NCBI GenBank assembly: GCA_050305995.1
Contig: JBNLGJ010000066.1
Coordinates: forward strand, 3,036-67,035
Direction: 5' to 3'
Source of the DNA: Cellvibrio sp.
GTDB taxonomy: Bacteria > Pseudomonadota > Gammaproteobacteria > Pseudomonadales > Cellvibrionaceae
Length of the DNA stretch: 64,000 nucleotides
Under the pieces are notes generated by a model. That model did not search any database and had not been told where the DNA came from. It was given only the letters and a program-made list of their open reading frames with translations. Positions 8,922 through 17,551 of the stretch are shown here, in pieces (positions within the stretch are counted from its first letter, which is position 1; each line of letters begins with the position of its first letter). A program made the translations under genes and the position numbers.

Positions 8922-11105
8922 ATGATTCCAGCGATAACTATGCCCTCTGCCGGATTCCGCCGCTCCTTTGTGCTCCTGTCGTCATGGGTTTTGGCAGCTG
9001 CGCTGCTTAATGGCTGTAACGATGCCGCGATCAATCCGGGGTCAAGCAGCTCGCAGAGTTCCCAGTCATCGCTAGCCAGCATCTCCAGCGCAGGCGGGAG
9101 AGCAAGTTCCGAGGCCAGTAGCACCCCAACGTCGGTGAACCCGGAACCACCGGTCGCCAAAAAAGTGTTCAATCATCCCGGTGTAATAACCTCCCAGGCC
9201 GATCTGGATCGTATGCGGACCAAAGTGGCCCAGAAAGCAGAGCCCTGGTATACCGCCTGGCAGAAGATGTCCGGCGACAGCTTTACCAATTTGGGGCGTT
9301 GGCCGCGTCCATTGGAGACGCTGGACCGGGATGGCGCCTATTCAAACTTTTCACGAATCTATGGCGAAATATGGGCCACCCATCAAGCGGCCCTGGCGTG
9401 GTATGTCACTGGTGACAAAGCCTATGCCGAACAGGCGATTCGCTACCTGAACACTTGGTCTTCAGTCATGACCGGTGTGAATGGCAATACCAATGTTAGC
9501 CTGTTGGCACTTTATGCCTACCAGCTGGCCGAATCCGCCGAGATCATGCGCAGCTACGAGGGTTGGTCCGCAGCAGACCAGCAGCGCGTTAAAAACTGGT
9601 TTGTTAATGTGTGGTATCCCATTAACGACAGTTTCCTCAGCAGAGGTGGCAGATGCGTCTCCCATTATTGGGCCAACTGGGGCCTGGCCAATGTCGCTTC
9701 GGCCATGGCGATTGGCATCTTCACCGATAATGAAAAAATCTATAACAAAGGTCTGGATATTTTATACAACGGCTTGGGTGCTGAGGCATTGGACCAATTG
9801 TTGTACCGCCGCCACCCCGGCAATATGGGGCAGTATCAGGAGAGCGGGCGCGACCAGGGGCATGCGTCCTTGGGTTACGCCTTGTATGGTGCAATCGCCA
9901 AGATGGCGTTAAACCAGGGCGATGATATCTTCGCTTATAACAACTACGAATTGCTGGCGACAACTGAGTACATCGCCAAATACAATTCGGGGGAAGAGGT
10001 GCCTTACGCCACTTACGATAATTGCGATAACGTCAACCAGACGGAAGTTGCCGCCGGTGCGCGGGGCATTTATCGAAACGGTTGGAACCTGCTCGCCAAC
10101 CAATACGAGAACCGCCTGGGTATAGCCGCGCCCTGGACCAGGAAAAAGGCCGACGAAATCTTCCCCGAATATCGCGGAGGGGCGGATGAGCTGGCCTGGG
10201 GCGGCCTAACGGAAACGCTGGAGCCCTTTCCGTTAGGCGGCGCACCGCGAGGTCTGACGCCGACCATCCGCAACGGTGAGATTTCCTTGTCCTGGTGGGG
10301 AGCGACCGGCTCGGAAAGTTACCGGCTGCAACGCGCCGAATCGGCGGCAGGCCCCTATAGCGTGATCGCCACCCGAGGCGCCGAGGAACTACTGACCTAC
10401 ACCGACCTCGATGTAAAGCTCGGGAAACAATATTTCTACCAAGTCACCGCTCTCTCACCCAAGGGTGAAAGCGAGCCTTCGAACAGGGTTGCCGTAACGG
10501 CGGGACATGATTTGCGCTACCGTCTGACCTTTGATGATCTGAAAGAAGGTGTCACGGACGGTGTTTTAGGCAAGGCCTTGGTCTTGGATGGCGTTAAAGA
10601 TTACTACACCATCGATAAACCCGATTTGGTCTCCGGTCTGGGTGATTTCACCTTGTCGGGCTGGGTCAAAGCGGATACCAACAAGGGCTGGCAACGGTTG
10701 ATCGACATAGGTGCGGATGACCAGCGATTCATGACTCTGATCCCCTTCGGTGTGGATAGAAAGGCCTGTTTTATCATCGCCAAGGTCGGAACCTTCGGAA
10801 CCTACTATGTGCCCAAGGCCACTCAATTGTGTGGCGGCCAACCGGTTACCGGGAAGTGGATGCACCTGGCAGTTACCCTGAAGGGGAAAACCGCCGTGTT
10901 GTATCTCAATGGCGAGGAAGTCGCGCGCGACGAGGCGACGAGGTTCATCCCGGACCAATTGGGCAGGCTCGATCAAATCTGGGTAGGGCGCTCACAGTTT
11001 GGCAATGATCCGTTACTGGCCGGGCAAGTGGACGACATACGGCTGTACAGCGGGGCGCTTGGCGCCGATGAGGTGAAAGCATTGTACTCGGCTGGAACCC
11101 TGTAA
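8922..11105 (+). CDS. Lipoprotein: alginate-lyase-family (alpha/alpha) domain + FN3 + LamG/ConA-like domain
   Basis: Lipobox LNGC then a Ser-rich linker; HPG...DLDRMR.KV...EPW, HYWANW and QESGRDQGH motifs; FN3 (ISLSW..A.G..SY, YQVTA....GES); LamG (FTLSGWVK, W.HLAVT, LYLNG, G.VDDIRLY). Confidence 0.75.
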   Translation: MIPAITMPSAGFRRSFVLLSSWVLAAALLNGCNDAAINPGSSSSQSSQSSLASISSAGGRASSEASSTPTSVNPEPPVAKKVFNHPGVITSQADLDRMRTKVAQKAEPWYTAWQKMSGDSFTNLGRWPRPLETLDRDGAYSNFSRIYGEIWATHQAALAWYVTGDKAYAEQAIRYLNTWSSVMTGVNGNTNVSLLALYAYQLAESAEIMRSYEGWSAADQQRVKNWFVNVWYPINDSFLSRGGRCVSHYWANWGLANVASAMAIGIFTDNEKIYNKGLDILYNGLGAEALDQLLYRRHPGNMGQYQESGRDQGHASLGYALYGAIAKMALNQGDDIFAYNNYELLATTEYIAKYNSGEEVPYATYDNCDNVNQTEVAAGARGIYRNGWNLLANQYENRLGIAAPWTRKKADEIFPEYRGGADELAWGGLTETLEPFPLGGAPRGLTPTIRNGEISLSWWGATGSESYRLQRAESAAGPYSVIATRGAEELLTYTDLDVKLGKQYFYQVTALSPKGESEPSNRVAVTAGHDLRYRLTFDDLKEGVTDGVLGKALVLDGVKDYYTIDKPDLVSGLGDFTLSGWVKADTNKGWQRLIDIGADDQRFMTLIPFGVDRKACFIIAKVGTFGTYYVPKATQLCGGQPVTGKWMHLAVTLKGKTAVLYLNGEEVARDEATRFIPDQLGRLDQIWVGRSQFGNDPLLAGQVDDIRLYSGALGADEVKALYSAGTL

Positions 11106-11217
11106 TCCGGCTATCCCCGCAACCCCCACGCTTAATGCGCAGTTGCTGGGGTAAGTCGGCGCTAAGGCAGTGGCGCCGCCAGCACAAACAAAACGGATTG
11201 ATAGATTTGCCCATGTT

Positions 11218-11247
11218 AAAAAGCCGCATTTCGTTGCGGCTTTTTTT
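11218..11247 (+). terminator. Intrinsic terminator
   Basis: AAAAAGCCGCA-tttcgt-TGCGGCTTTTTTT. Confidence 0.85.
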
Positions 11248-11311
11248 GTTCAGCAGTTTCTTGTTGGGATAGGTTAGTTGCTGGGATAGCTGTTCCCCAT
11301 TACCTTGTGTT

Positions 11312-11675
11312 TTAAACCCCGGTTGTTGCCGGTAGCCAAGTAATTCCGCTGGGATATTTTTGCTGATAGGCCCGGTTGGCGGCTTGGCTGTAATCGCGCA
11401 GATCGGGCAAGATACCGATTTCGTTTTCCACCTGAATCATTATGGTGATCGGTATTGCGCAGTCGTTTGAGCAGGGTGCTGTAGGCGGTTAGGTCAGCAT
11501 TCAGGTTGGCGCTGTTAAAAGGGCTCAAAATTTTCTGGTGCGGCCCAGTTAGACAGACGTGAGCAGGGTTTTTAGGTGTATCACCTTAGGTTTTGGGCCA
11601 GGCAGACTCCATATAGGCCATACTCGAGGTGTCGGAGCTGCCCAGCTCACTGCCGCGAATGAAAAAGAGCGGGTT
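11312..11675 (-). pseudogene. Fragmented GH35/DUF5597-type beta-galactosidase pseudogene
   Basis: Minus-strand pieces in shifting frames: NPLFFIRGSELGSSDTSSMAYMESAWPK / KVIHLKTLLTSV* / ILSPFNSANLNADLTAYSTLLKRLR / IMIQVENEIGILPDLRDYSQAAN. These match the order GGELGNS..YM..WPKL, .HLNTVL.PV.W, ILSPF..NL.AD..AF, IM.QVENEIG of that family. Confidence 0.75.
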
Positions 11676-11781
11676 GACTCCCCGCCGTTGATGCTGATCC
11701 GGGGGCCAGTTTGGTGGGGTTGGTAGTCAGGCGGTGATGGCTCAACAGGCTGAGCAGAAAAGAAAATCAGGAGTGAAGGCG

Positions 11782-12180
11782 ATGAATCAACTTAAACTCC
11801 AGGGTATTCACCATGTGGCCATAATTAGCAGCGATTATGAGCGCAGCAAAGATTTTTACACCCGTATTCTGGGGTTGCGCCAAATCGCTGAAAATTTCCG
11901 CGCGGCGCGCGACTCCTACAAGCTGGATTTGGCACTGCCGGACGGCAGCCAGGTGGAGCTGTTTTCCTTCCCCAATCCTCCCGCTCGCGCCACTAGCCCT
12001 GAGTCTTGCGGCCTGCGCCATTTGGCCTTTGCGGTGGCGGATATGGATGCCAGCGTAAACTGGTTGCAATCTCAGGGGGTCGAGGTGGAAGCCATTCGCA
12101 TAGACGAATACACTGGCAGGCGTTTTACCTTTTTTAAAGATCCGGATGGCTTGCCGCTGGAGCTCTATGAAGTGCAATAA
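11782..12180 (+). CDS. yaeR: VOC/glyoxalase-like metalloprotein, YaeR type
   Basis: IHHVAII.SDYERSKDFY, ELFSFPNPP.R...PE.CGLRHLAF, FF.DPDGLPLELYE; GGAG RBS before ATG 11782. Confidence 0.85.
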   Translation: MNQLKLQGIHHVAIISSDYERSKDFYTRILGLRQIAENFRAARDSYKLDLALPDGSQVELFSFPNPPARATSPESCGLRHLAFAVADMDASVNWLQSQGVEVEAIRIDEYTGRRFTFFKDPDGLPLELYEVQ

Positions 12181-12213
12181 CCGCCGGCCTCTGGGCGACT
12201 GAGGAGTGAGACT

Positions 12214-13134
12214 GTGTTAAAGCGATTAATTTTGGCCCTGAGCTTTATGGCCCTCGCTGCGGCGGCCAGCGCGCGTGAACTGGTGTTAGCCTTTGACGAC
12301 TGTTTGCAGCCTTCTTCTGGTCTGGATGGATTGGCCCGCTCGCAAATGCTGGTGCGCAACCTGGCTACCGCCGGTGTGCCTCAGGCGATGTTTTTAATTC
12401 AAACTCGCGGCCTGGATAGAAAAGGCCGTCAGGCGTTGGGGCTCTATTCGCGAACCGGCCAGCTGCTGGTTAATGCGGGCTATTTCCACAATTTGGTTAC
12501 CAAAGCTGACCTCTACGCTTATGAAATAGGTGTCTTGAAGGCGGACAGATTTTTACGCCGTTATTCTGGCTACCAAAAACACATTCACTTTTCCTATTTA
12601 AATGAATCTGGCGATGCGCTTTTGCAATCGGGGTTAAAAACCTTTTTGCGTGAACGTCACTTTAAGCCGACTTACCTTGGCGTTAACCCACTGCGCGGCG
12701 TTGATGCTTATTTGAATGATTTGTATCAGCAAAAGCTGAGCAACAATCGGCCAGTAAACATGGAGGTACTACAAAATACCTATGTAGATCTGGTGGTGGA
12801 AATGCTTAACCGTCAAAGCCAGCGTGCTTACATGATGCTTGGCTATAGCCCGCCACAGGTATTGGTATTACAGGAAAATGATCTGGCGGCTTATTTTATT
12901 TTGGCGGTTGCGGATCGCCTGCAAGAGCAGGGCTGGACTTTTGCATCGCCCCAGCAGGTTTTTACCAGCCCTTTGGCTAACCCCATTCGCGCCAACGGTT
13001 ATGGTGGCAATGATTTTATTAATGCGATTACTTGGATGCCGGATGCGCGTGTGGCCTATCCGCGACTGTTGGGTGAGCGCAAGGCATTTATGGATGCGTT
13101 TATCCGGGCGCGTGCGCCGGGTTTGGTTGAATAA
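12214..13134 (+). CDS. Secreted polysaccharide-deacetylase (NodB)-like protein with degenerate motifs
   Basis: Signal peptide; LAFDD (motif 1), NAGYFH in place of NH(T/S)xxH, HFSYL in place of RFPYL; F.SP..V..-P..N tail. Confidence 0.6.
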   Translation: MLKRLILALSFMALAAAASARELVLAFDDCLQPSSGLDGLARSQMLVRNLATAGVPQAMFLIQTRGLDRKGRQALGLYSRTGQLLVNAGYFHNLVTKADLYAYEIGVLKADRFLRRYSGYQKHIHFSYLNESGDALLQSGLKTFLRERHFKPTYLGVNPLRGVDAYLNDLYQQKLSNNRPVNMEVLQNTYVDLVVEMLNRQSQRAYMMLGYSPPQVLVLQENDLAAYFILAVADRLQEQGWTFASPQQVFTSPLANPIRANGYGGNDFINAITWMPDARVAYPRLLGERKAFMDAFIRARAPGLVE

Positions 13135-13152
13135 CGTTTAACTTGAGGTTTT

Positions 13153-14667
13153 ATGCGTAAACTTTTATTGCTGGGTCTCTGCTGTGCATCTCTCGGTATT
13201 TCCAGCGCAAGCCTGGCCCAAGAAAAATCCAGCCTGTTCCAAACCAGTTTTGAAACCGACAAGGACACACGCAAGTGGGCGCTGGTGTACGGTGCAGAAA
13301 TTGCCAAGGGCGAGGCGCGCACTGGCGAATCAGCGTTGCTGTTTCACGAGGGTGAGGCTTCGGTGCGCTCCACCTTTAGCTTAACTGAGCAGGGCACCCT
13401 GGAGTTTTGGATTAAAACCTCAACGCCAGCCACGCAATACAAAATAAATGTGATGGTGGCCTCCAGCCTTAATAACGACTCCGCCTGGACCGTAGCTGGG
13501 CAAATCTCTGGCAGCCAGGACGCCGGCGAATACCGCGCCCAGCGCATCTCGGTGGACGACCCGGGGCGCAAGTATCTGCGCCTGGATGTTGAAGTGAGCA
13601 ACGGCGAACTCTGGCTGGATGATTTGCGTGTGGAAAAAATCCTGCTGGACACAGCGCTGCAAAAAAACCAGCAAAAAGTGATCGCCCAGGTACTGGATAA
13701 ACTGCGCGAAGATAAGGACTACGAAGTTCAGGCCGATGCTTTGCGCGCGCTGGGTGTCAACTACGCGGCGCAAATTGATATGCAGCGTCAGTATTTGGAA
13801 TACGCCAACGGCATCTACTCCAGTATTACTTTGGTGCTGGCAACTTCCGAGCGCGGCAAAATGGCTAATCCCCTGGGCTATAACACCTTTAAAGGCGTAG
13901 TCGAGAATGTCAACAAAGTAGCCACGCCCATGCAGAAGGCGCGGATGAATTCACTGCTAAAGCCCCTGGGCGATATTGCCACTGCTGGGCTCAATCTGAT
14001 GACTAACGGTGCCTACCAGGCCTTCTCCGAGCCCTTTAAAAGCATTGTTGCAACTACCTTCGATAAGGCCTATTACAACAATGCCGGGCTGGATCGCTCG
14101 CAGCGCAAGTTCGCTGAAAAAAATGGTATGGAAACCTATCAAAAAACCGAAAAGTTTTTAGGCGAAATCGAAAAGGAATTAAATACAGTAACCGCCTTGG
14201 ATAAAGACCTGTTGGATATTCAGCGCGAATTAAATAAATACCGCCAGGAGTTGGATAAGCATTTGCGCGAGACATTAATTGATGGTGGCCTGGGGCGTGG
14301 CCAGGACAATTACAACCGCATCATGAGCAAGGATGAAACCACTCGCACCGCGGCGCTGCAGGAGGTGACCAACTACTTTATGGTGCAGGCGGAGAGCTAT
14401 CAAAACCACACCAGCTCCAACACCCAGTTTTTGCAATTTATGATGAGGGCCACCGGCAAGATCGAAGAGTCGCAGGTGCTCAAGGAGCGCTTTAACCAAA
14501 TCGCGGCCTCGGTGATTTCCTTCTACGATAAATTTAACCGCTCCATAGCGGCGGATCAAAACCCCTTTAGCGAGGAGAGCGACCGCAGTATTTGGGAGGC
14601 GCACGCGAAAAAGGTGCGCGCTTATATCAAGGAATCCAAAGAGGCCTTTAGCAAAGCCTATATGTAA
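13153..14667 (+). CDS. Secreted hypothetical protein: N-terminal beta-rich CBM-like module plus long alpha-helical/coiled-coil region
   Basis: 504-aa ORF, Sec signal, GAGG RBS, host-like codon use; FQTSFE...LEFWIK...LWLDDLRV N-domain. Confidence 0.75.
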   Translation: MRKLLLLGLCCASLGISSASLAQEKSSLFQTSFETDKDTRKWALVYGAEIAKGEARTGESALLFHEGEASVRSTFSLTEQGTLEFWIKTSTPATQYKINVMVASSLNNDSAWTVAGQISGSQDAGEYRAQRISVDDPGRKYLRLDVEVSNGELWLDDLRVEKILLDTALQKNQQKVIAQVLDKLREDKDYEVQADALRALGVNYAAQIDMQRQYLEYANGIYSSITLVLATSERGKMANPLGYNTFKGVVENVNKVATPMQKARMNSLLKPLGDIATAGLNLMTNGAYQAFSEPFKSIVATTFDKAYYNNAGLDRSQRKFAEKNGMETYQKTEKFLGEIEKELNTVTALDKDLLDIQRELNKYRQELDKHLRETLIDGGLGRGQDNYNRIMSKDETTRTAALQEVTNYFMVQAESYQNHTSSNTQFLQFMMRATGKIEESQVLKERFNQIAASVISFYDKFNRSIAADQNPFSEESDRSIWEAHAKKVRAYIKESKEAFSKAYM

Positions 14668-14775
14668 TTTGATCGGCGCCCTGGAAAATCCGGCGCAGAT
14701 GCGTAAATCCGCTTGATTTTCCAGGACTAGCGCCAGCCTTCAGCTGACGGCGGCACATCCCTGTGCCGCACTATT
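14667..14775 (+). repeat. 109-bp palindromic dispersed repeat (REP/MITE-like), copy 1
   Basis: Reverse complement of 23528-23636 with 3 mismatches; internal hairpins CCTGGAAAATC..GATTTTCCAGG and GCGGCACA..TGTGCCGC. Confidence 0.9.
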
Positions 14776-14880
14776 AATCCGACAATATTCATCGCCGGAT
14801 TAATAAAACCCCGGTTAAAACGTTTTTTATTGGATTTCTGGCTAATCCGCACTGTGCACTAATTGTGCAAAGTGCGCGGG

Positions 14881-14909
14881 TTGCAATCACCGGCTGTGGC
14901 TGCTAAGGT
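14881..14909 (+). promoter_or_regulatory. Putative sigma70 promoter of sulP
   Basis: TTGCAA-17 bp-TAAGGT. Confidence 0.5.
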
Positions 14910-14929
14910 GCGCGCCCTTCACCCCTTCC

Positions 14930-14980
14930 GGGCCGGCCCCTAATTGCGTCGAGTTGAGCGAGTCACTGGCGCGCTGGTCC
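14930..14980 (+). ncRNA. Structured 5' leader of sulP, candidate sul1-type cis-regulatory RNA
   Basis: Nested stems GGGCCGG/CTGGTCC, GCGTC/GGCGC and AG(T)TGA/TCACT in a leader of about 150 nt upstream of a SulP gene. Confidence 0.45.
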
Positions 14981-15064
14981 TTCACTCTGTGCGAGCACTC
15001 CTGACCCCAGGCGCAAAGTCCTAAGGCTTTGGCTCGCGCTGCTGTTTTGGTTAGTAGTTAGTTT

Positions 15065-16549
15065 ATGTTTGAATCGATAAAGCAATCCTGGTTTTCCAAT
15101 CTGCGCGGCGATTTTCTCTCGGGGTTAGTGGTAGCCCTGGCGCTTATCCCCGAGGCCATCGCCTTCTCCATTATCGCCGGGGTAGACCCCAAAATCGGCC
15201 TCTACGCCTCCTTCTCCATGGCGGTGGTAATCGCCTTTGCCGGCGGTCGCCCGGCTATGATCTCCGCTGCCACCGGCTCCATGGCGCTGCTGATGGTCAC
15301 CCTGGTCAAAGAACACGGCCTGCAATATCTGCTCGCCGCCACCCTGCTGACCGGTATGCTGCAAATTATCGCCGGGTTTTTGCGCCTGGGGGATTTAATG
15401 GGCTTTGTCTCGCGCTCGGTGGTCACCGGCTTTGTCAACGCCCTGGCAATTTTGATTTTCCTCGCGCAGTTGCCCGAACTCACCCATGTCTCCTGGCATG
15501 TCTACGCCATGACCGCCGCTGGCCTGGGCATTATTTATCTCTTCCCCTATGTGCCGGCGATCGGCAAGGCGCTGCCATCGCCGCTGGTGTGCATTTTGTT
15601 GCTCACCCTGGTGGCGGTGGTATTTGGTATTGATGTGCGCAACGTGGGCGATATGGGCCAGCTGCCGGACACGCTGCCGGTATTCCTCTGGCCGGAGGTA
15701 CCGCTGAATTGGGAAACGCTAAAAATTATTCTGCCCTATGCCATTCCCATGGCCCTGGTCGGCCTGCTCGAATCCATGATGACCGCGACTATTGTCGATG
15801 ATATGACCGACACCAACAGCGATAAAAACCGCGAGTGCAAAGGTCAGGGCCTGGCCAATCTTGTTACTGGCCTGCTCGGCGGTATGGCCGGTTGCGCCAT
15901 GATTGGCCAGTCGGTGATCAACGTAAAATCCGGCGGCCGCACCCGCTTTTCCACCTTTATTGCCGGTGCGCTCTTGCTGGTGATGGTGGTTTTCCTCAGT
16001 GACTGGATTCGTGTGATTCCCATGGCGGCGCTGGTGGCGGTGATGATTATGGTGTCCATAGGCACCTTCAACTGGGCCTCCATTAGCAACTTCCGCAAAT
16101 ACCCCCTGTCATCCAATGTGGTGATGCTCGCCACGGTTGTCGTAGTGGTGGCCACCCACAATCTGGCCCTGGGGGTGTTTGTCGGTGTACTTTTGGCCGC
16201 GCTGTTTTTCGCCAACAAAATCAGCCATTTTATGGAAATCCAAACGGAGCTGGATAGCGATAACCAGGTGCGCTATTACCGGGTGCTGGGCCAGGTATTT
16301 TTCCGCTCTTCAGGCAAGTTTGTTGAAAGTTTTGCTATGGATGAAGCGGTCAAGCAGGTGGTGATTGACATATCCCAGGCACACTTCTGGGATATCACCG
16401 CAGTGGCGGCACTGGATAAAGTCGTGCTCAAACTGCGCAAGCGCGGCATCCAGGTGGATGTGCTCGGCTTAAACGCCGCCAGCGCCACTATTGTGGATGA
16501 CTTTGGCGTGCAGAATAAACCTGGTGCGCAGTTGCTGTTGGATCATTAA
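15065..16549 (+). CDS. SulP-family inorganic anion transporter with STAS domain
   Basis: [39 protein letters not shown], and C-terminal STAS-like [13 protein letters not shown]. Confidence 0.92.
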   Translation: MFESIKQSWFSNLRGDFLSGLVVALALIPEAIAFSIIAGVDPKIGLYASFSMAVVIAFAGGRPAMISAATGSMALLMVTLVKEHGLQYLLAATLLTGMLQIIAGFLRLGDLMGFVSRSVVTGFVNALAILIFLAQLPELTHVSWHVYAMTAAGLGIIYLFPYVPAIGKALPSPLVCILLLTLVAVVFGIDVRNVGDMGQLPDTLPVFLWPEVPLNWETLKIILPYAIPMALVGLLESMMTATIVDDMTDTNSDKNRECKGQGLANLVTGLLGGMAGCAMIGQSVINVKSGGRTRFSTFIAGALLLVMVVFLSDWIRVIPMAALVAVMIMVSIGTFNWASISNFRKYPLSSNVVMLATVVVVVATHNLALGVFVGVLLAALFFANKISHFMEIQTELDSDNQVRYYRVLGQVFFRSSGKFVESFAMDEAVKQVVIDISQAHFWDITAVAALDKVVLKLRKRGIQVDVLGLNAASATIVDDFGVQNKPGAQLLLDH

Positions 16550-16566
16550 AGCGCGCATAAAAAGCC

Positions 16567-16590
16567 AAAAAAAAGCCCCCTTGCGGGGGC
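16567..16590 (-). terminator. Intrinsic terminator of the nitrate-type ABC operon (between convergent genes)
   Basis: GCCCCC-ttgc-GGGGGC with an A8 run on the left, giving a U-tract on the minus strand. Confidence 0.75.
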
Positions 16591-16631
16591 AACAGAGGTT
16601 GATCAGCGGGTTGCCTTAATCGGTGTTTAAC

Positions 16632-17480
16632 TCAAGCAACCTGCTTGTTCTTTTCCGCTGCAGGTGTGTCTGCTTTTTTGCTGGAAATGGGTTCAACTTT
16701 TTTTTGCTTCTCGTAAAGGAAGCGCAGCACTGCCGAGCGGTAGTGGTTGTATTCCACATCGTCGGCCAGTTCCAGGCGATTGCGCGGGCGCTCCAGTTTC
16801 ACATCGAGAATTTCACCCACAGTGGCAGCAGGGCCATTGGTCATCATCACAATCCGATCCGACAAGAGCACCGCCTCGTCCACATCGTGGGTAATCATAA
16901 TTACGGTGTTGCCCAATTCATTTTGAATTTCCATTAATGAATCCTGCAGATGGGCGCGGGTTAACGCATCCAGTGCACCAAAGGGTTCGTCCATCAATAG
17001 TACCTGGGGCTCCATCGCCAGGGCGCGAGCGATACCCACGCGCTGCTTCATACCGCCGGAAATTTCGTCGGGGCGCTTGTGCATGGCGTGGGTCATATGC
17101 ACCAGCGCCAGGTTGTGTTCAATCCAGTCGCGCATTTCGCCGCGGGATTTTTTGCCTTTAAACACCTGCTTAACCGCCAGCTCCACATTTTGGTAAGTGG
17201 TGAGCCAGGGCAGCAGCGAGTGGTTTTGGAAGACTACGGCGCGCTCTGGGCCCGGCTCGTTTACCTCTTTGCCATTAAGCACCACGCCGCCGGTAGTGGC
17301 TTGATAAAGTCCGGCAACAATATTGAGCACGGTGGATTTGCCGCAGCCGGAGTGGCCGATCAGCGACACAAATTCGCCTTTGCTGATTTTTAAGTCAACG
17401 CCTTGCAGCGCGCAAAATGGGCCTTTGGGCGTAGGGAATTCAATACCAACCTGGGTGAGTTCAAGGTGAGCGATACTCAT
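16632..17480 (-). CDS. Nitrate/nitrite/cyanate-type ABC transporter ATP-binding protein
   Basis: GHSGCGKST, VVFQNHSLLPWLT, ISGGMKQRVGIARAL, MDEPFGALDALTRAHLQD. Confidence 0.92.
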   Translation of the reverse strand: MSIAHLELTQVGIEFPTPKGPFCALQGVDLKISKGEFVSLIGHSGCGKSTVLNIVAGLYQATTGGVVLNGKEVNEPGPERAVVFQNHSLLPWLTTYQNVELAVKQVFKGKKSRGEMRDWIEHNLALVHMTHAMHKRPDEISGGMKQRVGIARALAMEPQVLLMDEPFGALDALTRAHLQDSLMEIQNELGNTVIMITHDVDEAVLLSDRIVMMTNGPAATVGEILDVKLERPRNRLELADDVEYNHYRSAVLRFLYEKQKKVEPISSKKADTPAAEKNKQVA

Positions 17481-17551
17481 AATTCTTTCCTCTGCTGTGG
17501 CGCTGCTGCGGCAGCGCCAAATAATTTTTTAAACAGAATCTTGCTGCTGGC

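Noticed and set aside
11274-11528. 84-aa minus-strand ORF as a novel small protein
   Set aside because: Its first third is a piece of the GH35-like pseudogene, and it reads out of frame afterwards.
11661-11686. Minus-strand terminator-like hairpin GCGGG..CCCGC-TCTTTTT suggesting an sRNA
   Set aside because: It falls inside pseudogene coding sequence (NPLFFIRG); the stem is short and probably coincidental.
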